Shown here: positions 57,798 to 59,954 of the stretch, piece after piece
Numbering within the stretch: position 1 is the stretch's first letter
How the letters are laid out: every line of letters starts with the position of its first letter
Source: a virus
Lineage: Duplodnaviria > Caudoviricetes
Length of the DNA: 59,954 bases
IMG/VR virus record: IMGVR_UViG_3300020724_000008
Location: 1 to 59,954 of that record
Strand: one strand, 5' to 3'
Position numbers and translations under genes: made by a program
The notes under the pieces: model-generated
Database searches by the model: none
The model's input: only the letters and a program-made list of their open reading frames with translations
Told to the model about the DNA's origin: nothing

Positions 57798-58228
57798 TGG
57801 ACAATATTTTTGCACAAGACGAAATTGACGCCGCCCGTTTCCAACATGAAAAAACTGAAGCTGGCCGCGCCCAAAAATGGGATGAGGAAGTCGTTAAGGC
57901 TTTGATGAGCACAGCGCCGGGTCGCATGTGGGTTGAGAAATTGCTGGAGGAATGCAATATGTATTCCGATGCCTATCGTGAGGATGGCGACGTATATGCC
58001 GCCATGAAGCGCGATGGTCGGGCGAGCATTGGCCGCTATATTGTCGATCAAATTGATAAATATGCTCCAAATAATTACAATCAGATGATGCGTGAGCGTC
58101 GCACTCGTTTGGCCAAATCATCCGAGCGTAAATCTGATTCTGAACCTGTTGCTTCTGGTCCGTGGAGGACAAAGATAGAAATTTTAGAAGCTGAAATGGA
58201 ATCAAACGCTAAACGAGGTGTATTATGA
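57797..58228 (+). CDS. Bbp19-like protein
   Basis: LMSTAPGRMWV..LL..C, DGR.SIG, MMRE. Confidence 0.75.
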   Translation: MDNIFAQDEIDAARFQHEKTEAGRAQKWDEEVVKALMSTAPGRMWVEKLLEECNMYSDAYREDGDVYAAMKRDGRASIGRYIVDQIDKYAPNNYNQMMRERRTRLAKSSERKSDSEPVASGPWRTKIEILEAEMESNAKRGVL

Positions 58229-59094
58229 ATTTGTATTCACGCATTTTGCGCGCGCCGGACGGTCTGGCCGAAGGTTCTGCGCCGGTATCTGCCCCTGCGC
58301 CAGCATCTGCCCCAGTTGAATCAATACCAAGTGCACCCGTATCGGTTGCACCAGTTGACAATACACCCGCACCTGCGGTAGAAGTAATAGCGCCCGCAGT
58401 TGCTACTCCTGCGGCAACAGAATTATCGGCACCTGTTGAGGCTCCAAAGCCTTCAGATGCGCCAGAACCAACTCCTGCGTCCTTATTATTAGATGAGGCC
58501 GTTAAACAGGCAGCTGAAGAACCTAAAGCCGATGATGCGGCTAAAGAACTTTCAGACCCTGTTACTGAAGCTCCGGTCGAACCGCAGCCGATTGAATATA
58601 AATTCCAATTCCCTGAAGGTGTAAAACCTGAAAGTGTGAATCCGGAACTGATGGGCCAATATACGACAGCACTTAGCGAAGCAAAAGTGCCACCTGAAAT
58701 GGGCCAAAAGTTTTTAGATATGCACTTGGCAGAGTTGCAAATAGCAGCTAAGAATGTTGCACAGCATCAGTGGGATGTTTTTAACCGTCAACAAGAGCAA
58801 TGGAAGTCTGAAGTAAAGGCCGACCCCGAAATTGGTGGAAGCCGTCTTGTGACAGCTATGCGAACTGTGGCATCTGTAATAGATCAATATGGTGGTTCTC
58901 CTGACCAGCAAATCGCACTGAAAAATGTGCTGACAGCTACAGGAGCCGGGAATAACCCGCTTTTATTGCGGATGTTCCATAATATCGGTAAGGCTCTGGG
59001 TAGAGAGGCTTCACCGGTTCCGGCACCGCCACCAAGCGCGCCGAAAATGTCGCGCGAAGAAAGAGGTTTGGCAAGGTATAGCGGTAATCGTTAA
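58225..59094 (+). CDS. Capsid scaffolding protein
   Basis: Pro/Ala/Glu-rich N-terminus, Y.F..PEG, W...VKADPEIGG, GAGNNP...IGK; precedes MCP. Confidence 0.8.
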   Translation: MNLYSRILRAPDGLAEGSAPVSAPAPASAPVESIPSAPVSVAPVDNTPAPAVEVIAPAVATPAATELSAPVEAPKPSDAPEPTPASLLLDEAVKQAAEEPKADDAAKELSDPVTEAPVEPQPIEYKFQFPEGVKPESVNPELMGQYTTALSEAKVPPEMGQKFLDMHLAELQIAAKNVAQHQWDVFNRQQEQWKSEVKADPEIGGSRLVTAMRTVASVIDQYGGSPDQQIALKNVLTATGAGNNPLLLRMFHNIGKALGREASPVPAPPPSAPKMSREERGLARYSGNR

Positions 59095-59177
59095 ATCTTG
59101 TAAACGCAGAAAGTGTTCCGGCAGGAACGCCCCAGCCCGCTTAGTAAGCGCGCTAGTCCTAAAAATGGAGCCGTATA

Positions 59178-59954
59178 ATGTCCTATCTAACTTTGGCAGA
59201 CTGGGGTCGCCGCGTTGGTCGTGATGGTAGCATCGACGACATCGCAGAGATGCTCGCCCAGTGCAATGAAATCTTCGACGACATGCTTTGGCGCGAAGGC
59301 AACCAGACCCTCGGTCACACTGGTACAATTCGTACCGGCTTGCCACAGGGTACATGGCGCAACTTCTATCAGGGTGTTGCATTCACCAAATCGACGACCG
59401 CACAGGTTACTGACTCGATTGGCGAACTCGTAGCCTATTCCCGTATCGACCGCTCGCTGGCCGAACTCGAAGGCAACGTTGCAGCTCTGCGCCTGACGGA
59501 AGATAATGCCCATCTCGAAGGTTTGTCTCAGCAGATGTCCACAACCTTCTTCTACGGCAACGAACTTGTGACACAGGCTCAGTTCACTGGCCTTGCTCCT
59601 CGTTTCAACACCGTTTCGACTGCAAACGCACAGAACGCCGTAAACGTTCTCGACGGTGGTGGTACTGGCTCTTCTAACGCTTCGATTTGGCTGGCTTGCT
59701 GGGGCGAACAGACCGGTTTCGGCTTCTATCCCAAAGGTTCCAAAGCAGGTCTGGTGTTTGAAGATAAGGGCGACATTCGTCCGGGCTTCGACGCCAACCA
59801 GCGTGAATTTGAGGCTTACACCTCGCTATTCATGTGGAAATGCGGTCTGCACATCAAGAACTGGCAGTATTTCGTTCGTATCGCCAACCTCGATACCACG
59901 ACCGCTGGCCTTGCTGGCACAACCCCACCTGATATTTTCGCCCTGATGTCAAAG
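59178..59954 (+). CDS. Major capsid protein (epsilon15 gp7/Bbp17-like), 3' truncated; not in ORF track
   Basis: MSYLTLADW...IAEML.Q.NEI..DM.W.EGN...GH...IRTGLP...YPKGSKAGL; open to window end. Confidence 0.92.
   Translation, partial: MSYLTLADWGRRVGRDGSIDDIAEMLAQCNEIFDDMLWREGNQTLGHTGTIRTGLPQGTWRNFYQGVAFTKSTTAQVTDSIGELVAYSRIDRSLAELEGNVAALRLTEDNAHLEGLSQQMSTTFFYGNELVTQAQFTGLAPRFNTVSTANAQNAVNVLDGGGTGSSNASIWLACWGEQTGFGFYPKGSKAGLVFEDKGDIRPGFDANQREFEAYTSLFMWKCGLHIKNWQYFVRIANLDTTTAGLAGTTPPDIFALMSK

Noticed and set aside
59011-59946. Short ORFs listed near the window end
   Set aside because: Alternative frames of the truncated major capsid CDS starting at 59178

Overview
Near-complete, circularly permuted genome of a tailed dsDNA podophage with an epsilon15/BPP-1-type virion module (portal, scaffold, major capsid, cement/staple proteins, T7-like tail tube A/B, three ejection proteins) and an APSE-type replication module (SNF2 helicase, DUF2800 nuclease, DUF2815 SSB, family A DNA polymerase, prim-pol/AAA helicase). 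GcrA, GapR and the promoter style point to an alphaproteobacterial host. The window ends inside the major capsid gene and begins at the 3' end of a probable cement gene. I saw no integrase, RNA polymerase, reverse transcriptase/DGR, tRNA or CRISPR array. Strongest unexplained signals: (1) a 12-aa RxxxRY motif shared by the scaffold C-terminus and several small post-capsid proteins, a possible capsid cargo-loading tag; (2) a ~4.3 kb early region with no GAAG/CTTC although the motif is dense elsewhere; (3) an SGNH esterase next to a lytic transglycosylase in one ejection protein; (4) three fibre-like proteins with Sec-type signal peptides; (5) a split large terminase plus a small protein copying its C-terminal motif; (6) a GACA-N3-TGTC palindrome at 7 sites. 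Family assignments come from motifs recognised by eye, and counts are manual.
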